Notes: generated by a model from the letters alone, not told the origin. Shown: positions 1 to 8,964, numbered from the stretch's first letter. The stretch: 64,000 nt of DNA from an uncultured Peptostreptococcaceae bacterium (GCA_964484935.1 CAZAFW010000005.1:291-64290), one strand, 5' to 3'. A program made the numbers and translations.

Positions 1-368
1 GCAAAACTAACCTTTGGTTCTGTAATATTATTGCCTTCCTCGTCTATAAACTTGACCGTCGAAACATCAATATCTTCAAATGCAATTGCATCAAGGTTTT
101 TGTCTTGATAAGTAAATTTAAAGCTATACGTGAATGGGCTAGGGCTAGTTGTGTATTTATCTCCAACAAACACTATTGGAACATCTTGTCCCTCCGTGTA
201 ATCAACAATATTTGAATTCTGCCATCCTGCATCGGTATCATACGCATAAATCAATCCTGAGGTAAGACCTGAAATGTCATAATCTGGTGTCGATGTAACT
301 GCAAGTGATGCCGGCACCATGGCAAATAATAAAGACAGAATCAAAATAATTGATAATAATTTTTTCAT
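1..368 (-). CDS. Secreted surface protein, N-terminal fragment (gene continues beyond window start); paralog of the N-terminal domain of the 1008..4094 adhesin
   Basis: ATG at 366-368 with GGAAGTGG SD upstream. My translation gives MKKLLSIILILSLLFAMVPASLA (signal peptide). It continues ...LIYAYDTDAGWQNSNIVDYTEGQD, which parallels LQAYDESQNRWEQSNIKGYKELD of the neighbouring adhesin. Confidence 0.75.
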   Translation of the reverse strand, partial: MKKLLSIILILSLLFAMVPASLAVTSTPDYDISGLTSGLIYAYDTDAGWQNSNIVDYTEGQDVPIVFVGDKYTTSPSPFTYSFKFTYQDKNLDAIAFEDIDVSTVKFIDEEGNNITEPKVSF

Positions 369-413
369 AAATCCACTTCCTTTCTTTTGTTTTTCCTACG
401 TTTTCTGCCAAAA

Positions 414-556
414 ACAAAAACCGCCTAAAAAAATCACGGCGGTCAGACTATCCTTGCACACTTCAGACCTAAAAATTGAAGAAGGTCATGCAATCCGGAC
501 TCTTGACTTTGCGTCCCCGTCTTTCGGCGGGTTTGCCTTTTTCGTTGCATTCATTG
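414..556 (-). promoter_or_regulatory. c-di-GMP-I (GEMM-I) riboswitch A with terminator-type expression platform
   Basis: Minus strand reads GGCAAACCCGCC-GAAA-GACGGGGACGCAAAGUC. These are the GEMM-I core motifs, with a GNRA tetraloop on the P2 hairpin. A hairpin follows (ACCGCC..GGCGGU, 420-443), then UUUUUGUUUUU directly before the SD of the 1..368 gene. Confidence 0.8.
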
Positions 557-659
557 CAAACCCTTTTGCAATGAACGACAAAATATTATAGATTTCAAGA
601 TTATTACCCGAATAACACCACTTCCTCCCGTATTTTTTGTTTCTTTATTTATAAAAACA

Positions 660-795
660 AAGCTTCCGAAAAAAAATTACGGCAACCAGACTATCCTTGC
701 ACATCTTCAAGCTTTTTGCTTGAATGAATTTCTGCAATTTGGACTCTTGGCTTTGCGTCCCCGTCTTCCGGCGGGTTTGCCTTTTCCTTTTGTTA
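660..795 (-). promoter_or_regulatory. c-di-GMP-I (GEMM-I) riboswitch B (distal copy)
   Basis: Minus strand reads GGCAAACCCGCC-GGAA-GACGGGGACGCAAAGCCAAGAGUCC. The 3' part (GCAAGGAUAGUCUGG) is near identical to copy A. It is followed by a weak hairpin, a U-run and an orphan SD-like GGGAGGAAGUGG at about 621-632. Confidence 0.75.
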
Positions 796-910
796 AAGAT
801 ATTCGTAAAAAGGATTACAAATTTTGGGGTAGAATGCCAATTTCTTTATTAATACCCATGGACTTTCTTTATTAACACCTATTATTTATATTTTACTATA
901 ATTTTACATA

Positions 911-941
911 AAAACAAACGGAGAGCCATTATAGCTCTCCG
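911..941 (-). terminator. Rho-independent terminator of the adhesin gene
   Basis: Stem CGGAGAGC (919-926) pairs with GCTCTCCG (934-941). On the minus strand it is followed by TTTGTTTTT, 67 nt after the stop at 1008. Confidence 0.8.
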
Positions 942-1007
942 CATCAGTTTATTGACAAAATTTCAAATCACGAATTCTTCTCAATCAAAAGTTGAAACTC
1001 TTTGTCT

Positions 1008-4000
1008 TTATTTACGCTTCTTCCTTCCGAATCCTGCACCTGCAAGCAAGAGAACTGATCCCAAGCTGTAAATGAATCCTATGTCAGCCTGTCCGGTCTG
1101 CGGCAGTGCCTGCGGCGGAATTTCAGGAGGAACCACGATTTCAGGTGGAGTTACAGGAGTTGTCTCCGGCGGAGTTACAGGAGGAAGATCTATCGTTTCC
1201 TCTTCCACAACCGCATCGTCGGTATCACTTGCCTTTCCCTCTCTGGAGTCGGCGGTGACTTCTGCGATATTTTCGAACTCTCCGTCCTCGAAATCGCCTT
1301 CCTGAATCTCGTATTCAAATTCTTCCGTTATGCTGTCTCCCTTGCTAAGGTCTCCGATATCCCACTCTACATCGATGATATCGTCAACAACCATTACATC
1401 AGTGAGTGAAACGTCTCCGTTGTTTGTGACCTTTATGGTGTAGGTTACGGTGTCTCCTACAGACGCCTCGTCAACATCCACAGTCTTTTCTATGCGAACT
1501 CCCGGATCGTCGTCGTCTCGCCTGACTGGTCTCCTGACCACATCAAACGATGCGGTGTCTGTGTCGCAAATGGGCTGCGAAATGGCTGGACCAATGTAAC
1601 TGATAGCTTGAACCTGCGTGCCATTAGTCTCTTCAACGCCACCCATCCAAGCGCATCCGGTTACCGTATTAGTATAGCTTCCGGTTCCCAAGCCGCTTGA
1701 GTCGTAGTCGTAGGTGATTGTGATGACGTCGCCAGGTTCGAAGCCTCCGAATGTGGTCATGTCTATCGGGTCTCCAAAAATGTTTCCGCCGTTGTCTGTC
1801 ATGAATACGCCGTCAATCCATGCTTCAAAGTTCGAAACATCATCGGTTTCAAATACCCAATCGGTTTCATCGTCGAAGTTGATCCATTGGTATGTGGATG
1901 TGTTGCCGATATTTTCAAAGGTGATTGTGTAGCTGACAGGTCCTCCTCCAGTGTAATGGGATGTCGGGTTTACCGTCTTTTCAATTGCAACGCCATAGGT
2001 CGGTTCGCTGCTGTAGGTGTTGGTGACATCGACATGCGCGGTTTGTCCACCCAAAACTTCAAAGGATGTTGGCGTTACGCTTTCGGTCCAATAGCCGGAA
2101 ACCGGTGTTGTCATCTCAAAAATGGTTTCCTCAACCACATAGCCCGATCCTGCCGGAATGCCGTTAAAGTATCTCGGCGTAGCGAGCCACTCGCTTCCGG
2201 TGTAGGTGTCTGTTATGGTGTTGACCGTTTCACCGTCCGGGAACCTCAATGTGAATTGGATTCTTAATTCCATATCTCCGAATCCTTCCAAGACATCAAC
2301 TCCCTCAAAGAGTTTCTGCACTTCGACCGTTCCGGTCGGCGACTCTTCGTAGTCATTCAGGAATCTGATGTATATAGTTCCATCTTTTGGAACTGTCACA
2401 TACTCGCCGTAGTCCATCCAGTCGCCTTCGCCCACTTTGTATTCAATCTCGGAGGTCCAGCCCGGAAGCAATTCAATCTCTTCGACCGTGTAGTCTCCCA
2501 TCGGCTGCGTTACAGGTCCGGCGGTCCATGATGTGTTTGCGAACATGGATATGGTTGTACCGTCTTCGCTTCCATACGGTGCCCATACTGTTGAGACTGT
2601 TGTCAGCCCTTCCGGCGGTTCGTCAATCCAAACTTTCTCGAACATTACGTCGCCTTTTCCATATTCGTTAATGAACTTGATGTAAAGCGTGTCGTCTTTT
2701 GGAACTGTCACATACTCGCCGTAGTCCATCCAGTCGCCTTCGCCCACTTTGTATTCAATCTCGGAGGTCCAGCCCGGAAGCAATTCAATCTCTTCGACCG
2801 TGTAGTCTCCCATCGGCTGCGTTACAGGTCCGGCGGTCCATGATGTGTTTGCGAACATGGATATGGTTGTACCGTCTTCGCTTCCATACGGTGCCCATAC
2901 TGTTGAGACTGTTGTCAGCCCTTCCGGCGGTTCGTCAATCCAAACTTTTTGGAACATTACATCGCCGGTTGGCGGATTCATATGGTTTACAACTGTAAAT
3001 GTCGCATCCGGCGTTGTTTCAGTCAACTCAACTGTTTGCGGAATCCCTGAAGCATTGTAATAAGTCTGGTCTCCTGTTTCAAACACCCATTCCTTGGTAA
3101 GGTTGTATGTCCCGAGTGTCAGGTCTTCAACTGTCGTCGTCCAACTTGGATAATCAACTCTTGCAAACGGATATTGATCATTCACTGTGAAAGTCACATA
3201 ACCAGATTCGGGTACAAAGTCGCCTTCCCATTCCTTGACGAAGGTTATGCTGCCCAAAGTTGTAACAGGCGGGTTGTAGGTATTAGTTACAGTCACTTGA
3301 ACTGTCTCCTCAATAACCGCATTAACTGTTTCCGGATTGTATTCCACTTGCCAGTTGTCGCCAATGAATTCCTCCGATACAGTATACTCACCCGGCTCCA
3401 CGTTTGGAATCATTCCTTTCCAAGCGCAAGATGAATCGAGTTTTATTTCATAGTTTCCCGAATCGCCGTCAAAGTGTATCACAACTTCGTCGGGTCTTTC
3501 CTGCCCTGTAAATTCCTTTATGACTTCAATGGTTCCATATGGAGGCGCGACAATACTTACCTCTTTGTTGCCGGTTCCAACCAATCTTGCGTGTAGACTG
3601 GCTCCCGACCACTGGCTGGACTGCCCCGGCCCCGCAAGTCTCGCTTCAAACGCCATCGCAAACTCAGCAGGCAAACCGCTTGAACTTGTGATTTCAATTG
3701 TAAAGGTCATTTTTCCCGATGTTGTCGACTTCACAATATCGGTTGTATATCTCCCCGACATGTTGATAACGGTTCCCGAACTGTCGTAGAAAACAACCTC
3801 GGGGCGAACATCGTCAAAACCGTATTTTTCGGAATCTCCGTTTTCATAATAATCGAATTCTATTCCGTATTGGGTAACGCTATTGTCTTCGGACACATAT
3901 CTCATCGATACATAATCCAATTCCTTGTATCCCTTTATGTTCGACTGCTCCCAACGATTTTGCGATTCGTCATATGCTTGCAGTTTTCCCGTATCACTGC

Positions 4001-4094
4001 CTTTGAAAGCCCACGTATCAGGTTCTGCAAAAGCAAAGCTTATAGATGAAAGCACCAAAGCCAGAATCAATGTAAAAGACAAAAGCTTTTTCAT
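1008..4094 (-). CDS. LPXTG-anchored multi-domain surface adhesin (1028 aa) with Cna-B/SpaA-like repeats and DUF11-like domains
   Basis: Start moved to MKKLLSF (ATG 4092-4094), which has SD AGGAAGTG upstream and a signal peptide. The C-terminus is LPQTG plus a hydrophobic stretch plus RKKRK (sortase signal). Two identical domains of about 104 aa (GDVMFEKVWIDEPPEG...) are present, along with DUF11-like VRIEKTVDVDEASVGDTVTYTIKVTNNG. Confidence 0.85.
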   Translation of the reverse strand: MKKLLSFTLILALVLSSISFAFAEPDTWAFKGSDTGKLQAYDESQNRWEQSNIKGYKELDYVSMRYVSEDNSVTQYGIEFDYYENGDSEKYGFDDVRPEVVFYDSSGTVINMSGRYTTDIVKSTTSGKMTFTIEITSSSGLPAEFAMAFEARLAGPGQSSQWSGASLHARLVGTGNKEVSIVAPPYGTIEVIKEFTGQERPDEVVIHFDGDSGNYEIKLDSSCAWKGMIPNVEPGEYTVSEEFIGDNWQVEYNPETVNAVIEETVQVTVTNTYNPPVTTLGSITFVKEWEGDFVPESGYVTFTVNDQYPFARVDYPSWTTTVEDLTLGTYNLTKEWVFETGDQTYYNASGIPQTVELTETTPDATFTVVNHMNPPTGDVMFQKVWIDEPPEGLTTVSTVWAPYGSEDGTTISMFANTSWTAGPVTQPMGDYTVEEIELLPGWTSEIEYKVGEGDWMDYGEYVTVPKDDTLYIKFINEYGKGDVMFEKVWIDEPPEGLTTVSTVWAPYGSEDGTTISMFANTSWTAGPVTQPMGDYTVEEIELLPGWTSEIEYKVGEGDWMDYGEYVTVPKDGTIYIRFLNDYEESPTGTVEVQKLFEGVDVLEGFGDMELRIQFTLRFPDGETVNTITDTYTGSEWLATPRYFNGIPAGSGYVVEETIFEMTTPVSGYWTESVTPTSFEVLGGQTAHVDVTNTYSSEPTYGVAIEKTVNPTSHYTGGGPVSYTITFENIGNTSTYQWINFDDETDWVFETDDVSNFEAWIDGVFMTDNGGNIFGDPIDMTTFGGFEPGDVITITYDYDSSGLGTGSYTNTVTGCAWMGGVEETNGTQVQAISYIGPAISQPICDTDTASFDVVRRPVRRDDDDPGVRIEKTVDVDEASVGDTVTYTIKVTNNGDVSLTDVMVVDDIIDVEWDIGDLSKGDSITEEFEYEIQEGDFEDGEFENIAEVTADSREGKASDTDDAVVEEETIDLPPVTPPETTPVTPPEIVVPPEIPPQALPQTGQADIGFIYSLGSVLLLAGAGFGRKKRK
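2383..2948. repeat. Direct tandem duplication inside the adhesin gene, period 312 bp
   Basis: By direct comparison, 2383-2636 is letter-for-letter identical to 2695-2948 (254 bp). Flanks are diverged but homologous. One unit equals one 104-aa domain. Confidence 0.9.
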
Positions 4095-4131
4095 AAACTC
4101 ACTTCCTTTCAATAAATATTTGTTTTCTCCC

Positions 4132-4275
4132 AAAAAATCAAAAAACCGCCGTAATCAATCTACGGCAGCCAGACTGTCCTGAGTTCACTGTTATGTATGG
4201 GGTGCGATTATTGCTTCTTTGGACGGACTCTCGGCTTTGCGTCCCCGCCTTCCGGCGGGTTTGCCCTTTTCGTAT
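4132..4275 (-). promoter_or_regulatory. c-di-GMP-I (GEMM-I) riboswitch C with intrinsic terminator, leader of the LPXTG adhesin
   Basis: Minus strand reads GGGCAAACCCGCC-GGAA-GGCGGGGACGCAAAGCCGAGAGUCC. A terminator follows (CUGCCGUA-GAUUGAU-UACGGCGG, 4146-4168) with UUUUUUGAUUUUUU, 38 nt before the start codon. Confidence 0.85.
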
Positions 4276-4521
4276 CCATTAGATGAATTTATTTGTATTT
4301 TGCATTGACTAAGCGGCTTGAAGCAAGGTATTTTACTGAATTAAACCACTCCCTTCTCGTTTACATTATTTCCCTTATTGAAAAGACAAAAAACTGCCAC
4401 TAAGGCTTGCTGCAGTCCGATTGTCAATCTTTCACTCAAAATCAAATGTGCGACAATCACTTGTTGGGTTTATACCCCGCACATTCAAAATTTAAAACAT
4501 GAAACATGAATTTAATATATA

Positions 4522-4717
4522 GAAGCGCCCGAAAAGGGCGCTTGAGATTGAAGAAAAAGTCTCAATATCACAGGCTGTAGAAAACCTTCTATTTCAAGGC
4601 GCCACAAAAAGCCAGTGATGGGAGCGTATTGAGACATACGTGACCAAACGGGTTTTTGCATGGCAACGCAGAAATTGGTGTTTTTCTACAGTCTGAAGCG
4701 CCCGAAAAGGGCGCTTC
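4522..4717. other. Structured intergenic element bracketed by a duplicated 22-nt GC hairpin (candidate sRNA or MITE-like insertion)
   Basis: GAAGCGCCC-GAAAA-GGGCGCTT occurs at 4522-4543 and again at 4695-4716 (the second copy pairs one base further, to 4717). The interior has long inverted arms: CAGGCTGTAGAAAACC (4571-4586) versus GGTGTTTTTCTACAGTCTG (4677-4695), and GTCTCAATA versus TATTGAGAC. No convincing CDS is present. Confidence 0.4.
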
Positions 4718-4758
4718 TACATATTTACAGTTTTCGATTCGAATAGCTCTAGCTGATA

Positions 4759-6006
4759 TCAGAAGCTTATGAAATGCTGGGTGTAATAGGCATTGTAGCT
4801 TCCTCCAAATGCGACTCCAACCCCGATGTAGTCGTAGTCTCCAAGTATTGCCGTCCTGTGTCCCAGCGAATTCATCCAGTCGTAGTGGGCGTAAAAAGCG
4901 TTGGATTCTCCAGCCGCGATATTCTCTCCTGCCTTTTCGTAATTTATTCCGGCAAGGCTCATTCGATCAAAGGGAGATTGTCCCAAAAGGTCATAGTGAG
5001 AAAAATATCCATTTGATGCCATGTCTTCGCTATGACCCTGGGCGGTGTAATGGGCCGTCTGGTTCCATTCAAGAGGCCGTAGTCCGCGTTTGGCTCTTTC
5101 TGTGTTGGCAAGTTCGAAGATTTGCCGTTCGTAGCTTTTCCCAAGCAGGCCGCTCGGGGTCCCGTAGTAGCCGTCAAGCTTCATTTCTTCATCTTCCGCT
5201 ATTTCCAAAATTCCTGCAACGCTGTTGTCGTATTCATCATAAAAAAGCGTAACATAGCTGTTTCCGGTCTCAAATGTGTCATGGGGACCTGCCGGCAACA
5301 TGAAATAGGTGTTGCCTTTGACTATTCTTGAAATTCCGGTACCGAAATAATCCTCAGCCTCCCCGGGAGCAAGCCCCAGCTTGAATCCGTCATTCCTTTT
5401 GTAGGACGAGGAATTGGTAAAAATAGCCGCGACTTTTCCGTCTCTGTACCCGATTTGGTAATAATTGAGGTAGTCGCTGTTGTAAACGTACCAGTCGAAG
5501 CCGTAGTTGCTAAGCAGTGATACGGAAGGTTGCCCGATCTTTTCCCCCACTTGCTGCCACGAGTCTCCAAGGCTGACAGCAGCATTCGTGCTGATGGACA
5601 CTGTCCGGGTCTGACCGTTCCATGAAACGCCGGCGTCAAGCCCCTCCGCAATGAACCTGAGCGGAACATAGGTTCTGGAATCGATTATGACGGGAGGAGA
5701 ATCTATGGTTGTCGATGATCCATTGACATATGCCCGGCTCGATCCTATAGACAGGTTGACGATTCTACCGTCCTGCTCTGCAGTAACGCTTCTGTCCCTA
5801 GAGTTCCACGTCACCTCCGCATCGAAATGCTCGAAAATTTCCCTAAACGGAACCATCGTGCGTTCGTTTACGATTATCGGCTCATTTTTAAAGTCGATTT
5901 TTTGTCCGTCAATCGAAACACTTATGCCCGAATCTCCGTAGGCGGCGCCGGAAAAAATTCCCGTCACCAAAAAAACGGCAATAAAATATCTTAATCCTTT
6001 TTTCAT
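4759..6006 (-). CDS. Secreted protein: copper amine oxidase N-terminal (stalk) domain plus C-terminal CAP/SCP (YkwD-like) domain
   Basis: Signal peptide MKKGLRYFIAVFLVTGIFSGAAYG. CAO-N-like repeats include RTMVPFREIFEHFDAEVTW and RTYVPLRFIAEGLDAGVSW. The CAP-like C-terminus reads NTERAKRGLRPLEWN...GHSEDMASNGYFSH...NSLGHRTAILG. Confidence 0.7.
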   Translation of the reverse strand: MKKGLRYFIAVFLVTGIFSGAAYGDSGISVSIDGQKIDFKNEPIIVNERTMVPFREIFEHFDAEVTWNSRDRSVTAEQDGRIVNLSIGSSRAYVNGSSTTIDSPPVIIDSRTYVPLRFIAEGLDAGVSWNGQTRTVSISTNAAVSLGDSWQQVGEKIGQPSVSLLSNYGFDWYVYNSDYLNYYQIGYRDGKVAAIFTNSSSYKRNDGFKLGLAPGEAEDYFGTGISRIVKGNTYFMLPAGPHDTFETGNSYVTLFYDEYDNSVAGILEIAEDEEMKLDGYYGTPSGLLGKSYERQIFELANTERAKRGLRPLEWNQTAHYTAQGHSEDMASNGYFSHYDLLGQSPFDRMSLAGINYEKAGENIAAGESNAFYAHYDWMNSLGHRTAILGDYDYIGVGVAFGGSYNAYYTQHFISF

Positions 6007-6060
6007 TTTCCCTCCCGAATATCTGTTTTTATCTTTATATATATATGTTTCGATTATATC

Positions 6061-6090
6061 AAAAGCCGAGGCCCCGCGCCCCGGCTTTTC
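6061..6090 (-). terminator. Rho-independent terminator
   Basis: AGCCGAGG (6064-6071) pairs with CCCCGGCT (6079-6086) with one mismatch. The hairpin is flanked by an A-run and a T-run, downstream of the 6129 stop. Confidence 0.6.
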
Positions 6091-6128
6091 GCTTTTGTAA
6101 TGTTATTGTAAACCAAGCTGAAGACTTT

Positions 6129-7322
6129 TTACAGCCATTGGAAAAAAGTGTTTATCAAATCTACATGATCTCCCATGCAAACCAAATGATGGTTGCCAAG
6201 CGGGGCTGTGAGAAAATAGTTTACGTCCTCGTCCAGCTTGACATGAATTTGCGTCCTGCACAAATTGGGATCCCTCAGGTTTTTGAGGACACTTCCCTTT
6301 GAAACAAAATATCTGTCCGCCTTTCTTGAAAGCTTGAAGACTGTGACATCCTTTTCGGGAATCTTCCCCCTTATTCCTATCCCTATTCCTGACTCGAAAT
6401 GGGTCTCTAGTTCGTACCCTTCGGTTATGGTCATGGGAACGGTGCAATGGGCCAAAACCATTTCATTTTTATCCGAATCAATTCTCGACGGGTTGGCAAC
6501 AAAGGAGGGCTGGCCCACAAGGCATTTCAGTATTGCCATTGAGACAAGAGCCGGTATGTCGCCTTCGCATCCCGCCGGCACGCCCTCGTCGTTGAAAAGC
6601 GAAAGCGCCAGGCAGCCTGTATTGCCGAGAGGGTCGAGAAGGTCGAAACATCTGAGTGTGAATCCGTCCAAATCGTATTTTTCAACGAGTGCCTTCAGTC
6701 CGGAATATATTGCAAGGGCGCCGTCAGTGACATTTCTGTCGAAGGATTTTTGTCGAATATCCCCAAAGGCTTCTGCAGGAAATTTTTCCGCCTTTTTTAT
6801 GCTTTCAAGAAGCTCGTCGATGCCTATGTCAACCAGTGTTATTCCGAGTGCGTCCTTTATTTCCCCATAGTCGACATCGCTTGCTATGAGCCAGTCCGAC
6901 GGCTTTCCCACAACTCCAAGACGCATTTTGCCGAGCTTTTCAACCGCAGCCATTATCTTCAGCATGTTTTCCAAGCGCCTTGCGATGTAGGAAACATCTC
7001 CGTGGATTATTTCCACAGGTTGCTCCTTGTCCCTCAAAAACGATGCTATTTCCATTGAAGCGGCAAGCGAATTGTGCATCCCGCTGGTCAAAAGCACAAA
7101 AGGAGGCTTGAGCCTGGGGTAAAGTTCCCTAAAGAAGCCTTCTGTTCCTCCGGACTTTATGAATATGAAATGGAAGCCCTCACCTTCGAAATCAGCAGGC
7201 TTTACATGTTCAAATGTCTTTCCGGTCTTTTCTTCTATTTCTCCAAGAAAATCAACAAGAGTGTTGTCAATATATCCTTCGTTGTGCACATCGGACACTA
7301 TGTCCAGAACTTTAATTTTCAT
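6129..7322 (-). CDS. L-fucose/L-arabinose isomerase-family protein (uncharacterised member)
   Basis: 397 aa. The motif RCFDLLDPLGNTGCLALSLFNDEGVPAGCEGDIPALVSMAILK resembles the sugar isomerase (FucI/AraA) C-terminal core. This assignment is from memory only. Confidence 0.45.
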   Translation of the reverse strand: MKIKVLDIVSDVHNEGYIDNTLVDFLGEIEEKTGKTFEHVKPADFEGEGFHFIFIKSGGTEGFFRELYPRLKPPFVLLTSGMHNSLAASMEIASFLRDKEQPVEIIHGDVSYIARRLENMLKIMAAVEKLGKMRLGVVGKPSDWLIASDVDYGEIKDALGITLVDIGIDELLESIKKAEKFPAEAFGDIRQKSFDRNVTDGALAIYSGLKALVEKYDLDGFTLRCFDLLDPLGNTGCLALSLFNDEGVPAGCEGDIPALVSMAILKCLVGQPSFVANPSRIDSDKNEMVLAHCTVPMTITEGYELETHFESGIGIGIRGKIPEKDVTVFKLSRKADRYFVSKGSVLKNLRDPNLCRTQIHVKLDEDVNYFLTAPLGNHHLVCMGDHVDLINTFFQWL

Positions 7323-7467
7323 TCAAACCTTCCTTTCATATCCACCTGCCGTTGCATCGCTTGAAACGGCAATCCCAAAGTTGAATTTTTACGGTTAAAG
7401 TCAATTCGCATTTCCTTATTCATTATAACCGCCAAAAAGCATATGGAAACATTTATTTGTGCAATCC

Positions 7468-8964
7468 TCAAGACTCTTCCCAATGCTTGGCCCTTTCTAC
7501 TGCTTTTGTCCATCCCCTGTAGAGCTTTTCGACTTTTTCTTTTTCCATGGCCGGAAAATAAATTTTCTCCGCCTTAATCATTTCGCCTATGGCTTCCTCG
7601 CTTTCCCAGAATCCTGTGGCAAGACCAGCAAGAGCCGCCGCTCCAAAAGCCGTGGCCTCCCTTATTTGAGGTTTCACTACGTTCCTTGAAAGCACATCCG
7701 CCTGAAACTGCATAAGAAATCCGTTTTGGACCGCTCCCCCGTCAACCCTGAGCTCCCTGAGCACAAGCCCGGCATCGGACTGCATGGCCTCGAGCACGTC
7801 CTTTGTCTGATAGGCTATGGCTTCAAGCGCGCTTCTTATTATATGGTTCCTGCCGCTGCCCCTTGTGAGCCCGACTATTGTTCCTCTTGCGTACATGTCC
7901 CAATGAGGCGCTCCCAAGCCTACGAATGCCGGAACAAGGTATACCCCTCCGTTGTCGGAAACCTTGCCGGCTGCAGTTTCGCTGTCTGAGGCATTTTCTA
8001 TAAGACGCATCTCATCCCTGAGCCACTGCACTATTGCCCCGGCCATGAAGACGCTGCCTTCAAGGGCGTAATGCGTTTTGCCCCCTTTTCTCCATGCAAC
8101 CGTCGTAAGGAGCCCCTTGTCCGACGTTACTATTTTCTCGCCCGTGTTCATAAGCATGAAGCATCCCGTGCCGTACGTATTTTTTGCCATCCCCATCCTG
8201 AAACAGCCCTGTCCAAACAGAGCCGCCTGCTGGTCGCCCGCCATGCCGGCAACGGGTATTTTCTCGCCCCCGAATAGATTGGGGTCTGCATATCCCGCCA
8301 CTCCTGACGAATCCACTATTTGAGGAAGCATGGATGCCGGGATTCCCAAGGCTTCGAGCAATTCTTCGTCCCACGCAAGGTTTTTTATGTCAAAAAGCAT
8401 AGTCCTTGCGGCGTTTGACACGTCCGTAGCATGGACCTTACCCCTTGTCAGGTTCCACAAGAGCCATGTATCGACAGTGCCAAAGAGCAACTCTCCCCTT
8501 TCGGCTCTTTCCCTGGCTCCCTCGACATTGTCGAGTATCCATTTTATTTTGGTACCCGAAAAATATGCGTCAACCACAAGACCGGTTTTTTCGCGTATCA
8601 TTTGCCCGTATCCTGCACCGACTAGTTCTTCGCATATTGATGCGGTCCGCTTGCACTGCCAGACTATTGCGTTGTGTACGGGTTTTCCGCTGCTTTTGTC
8701 CCAAACCACGGTGGTTTCCCTTTGGTTTGTTATTCCTATGGCCTCTATTTCATCACAGCCTATTCCTGCTGTTTCTATCGCTTCCTTAGCCACGCCGCTT
8801 TGGCTTCCCCATATTTCCATTGGATCGTGCTCAACCCAACCGGGCTTGGGATAATACTGCCCAAACTCCTTTTGTGCCAAAGAAACAATTTTGCCGGACT
8901 TGTCGAAAAGAATCGCCCTTGAGCTCGTGGTCCCCTGGTCTAAAGCCAATATATACCGTTTCAA
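7468..8964 (-). CDS. glpK: Glycerol kinase
   Basis: [18 protein letters not shown] and full-length similarity to GlpK. Start moved to the TTG at 8962-8964 (SD GGAAAGGAG 8 nt upstream). This gives (M)[10 protein letters not shown] and removes the overlap with the upstream gene. Confidence 0.9.
   Translation of the reverse strand: MKRYILALDQGTTSSRAILFDKSGKIVSLAQKEFGQYYPKPGWVEHDPMEIWGSQSGVAKEAIETAGIGCDEIEAIGITNQRETTVVWDKSSGKPVHNAIVWQCKRTASICEELVGAGYGQMIREKTGLVVDAYFSGTKIKWILDNVEGARERAERGELLFGTVDTWLLWNLTRGKVHATDVSNAARTMLFDIKNLAWDEELLEALGIPASMLPQIVDSSGVAGYADPNLFGGEKIPVAGMAGDQQAALFGQGCFRMGMAKNTYGTGCFMLMNTGEKIVTSDKGLLTTVAWRKGGKTHYALEGSVFMAGAIVQWLRDEMRLIENASDSETAAGKVSDNGGVYLVPAFVGLGAPHWDMYARGTIVGLTRGSGRNHIIRSALEAIAYQTKDVLEAMQSDAGLVLRELRVDGGAVQNGFLMQFQADVLSRNVVKPQIREATAFGAAALAGLATGFWESEEAIGEMIKAEKIYFPAMEKEKVEKLYRGWTKAVERAKHWEES

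Noticed and set aside
319-591. 90-aa plus-strand ORF (MANNKDRIKIID...) listed in the ORF track
   Set aside because: It runs antisense to the signal-peptide-encoding 5' end of the 1..368 gene and across riboswitch A and its terminator. It has no SD and low-complexity content, so it is a shadow ORF.
2330-3010. Regular 312-bp repeats considered as a possible CRISPR or satellite array
   Set aside because: The repeats are in-frame coding repeats of an adhesin domain. There is no short-repeat/unique-spacer alternation and no cas genes.
4385-4482. Possible sixth c-di-GMP-I aptamer upstream of riboswitch C
   Set aside because: The element is structured and has a terminator-like hairpin. It lacks both GGCAAACC and ACGCAAAGCC core motifs, so it is reported only as an unclassified leader.
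4544-4694. 6S RNA (ssrS) assignment for the rod-like element, and a 49-codon minus-strand ORF (MQKPVWSRMSQYAPITGF...) inside it
   Set aside because: The foldable core is only about 125-150 nt and I cannot recognise the 6S central-bubble features. The ORF has no SD and runs through the flanking hairpin. Neither call is supportable from sequence alone.
7340-7365. Hairpin TGCCGTT...AACGGCA between glpK and the isomerase-like gene, considered as a GlpP-type antiterminator target or a terminator
   Set aside because: There is no U-tract on the relevant strand, it directly abuts the SD of the downstream gene, and there is no recognisable antiterminator alternative structure.
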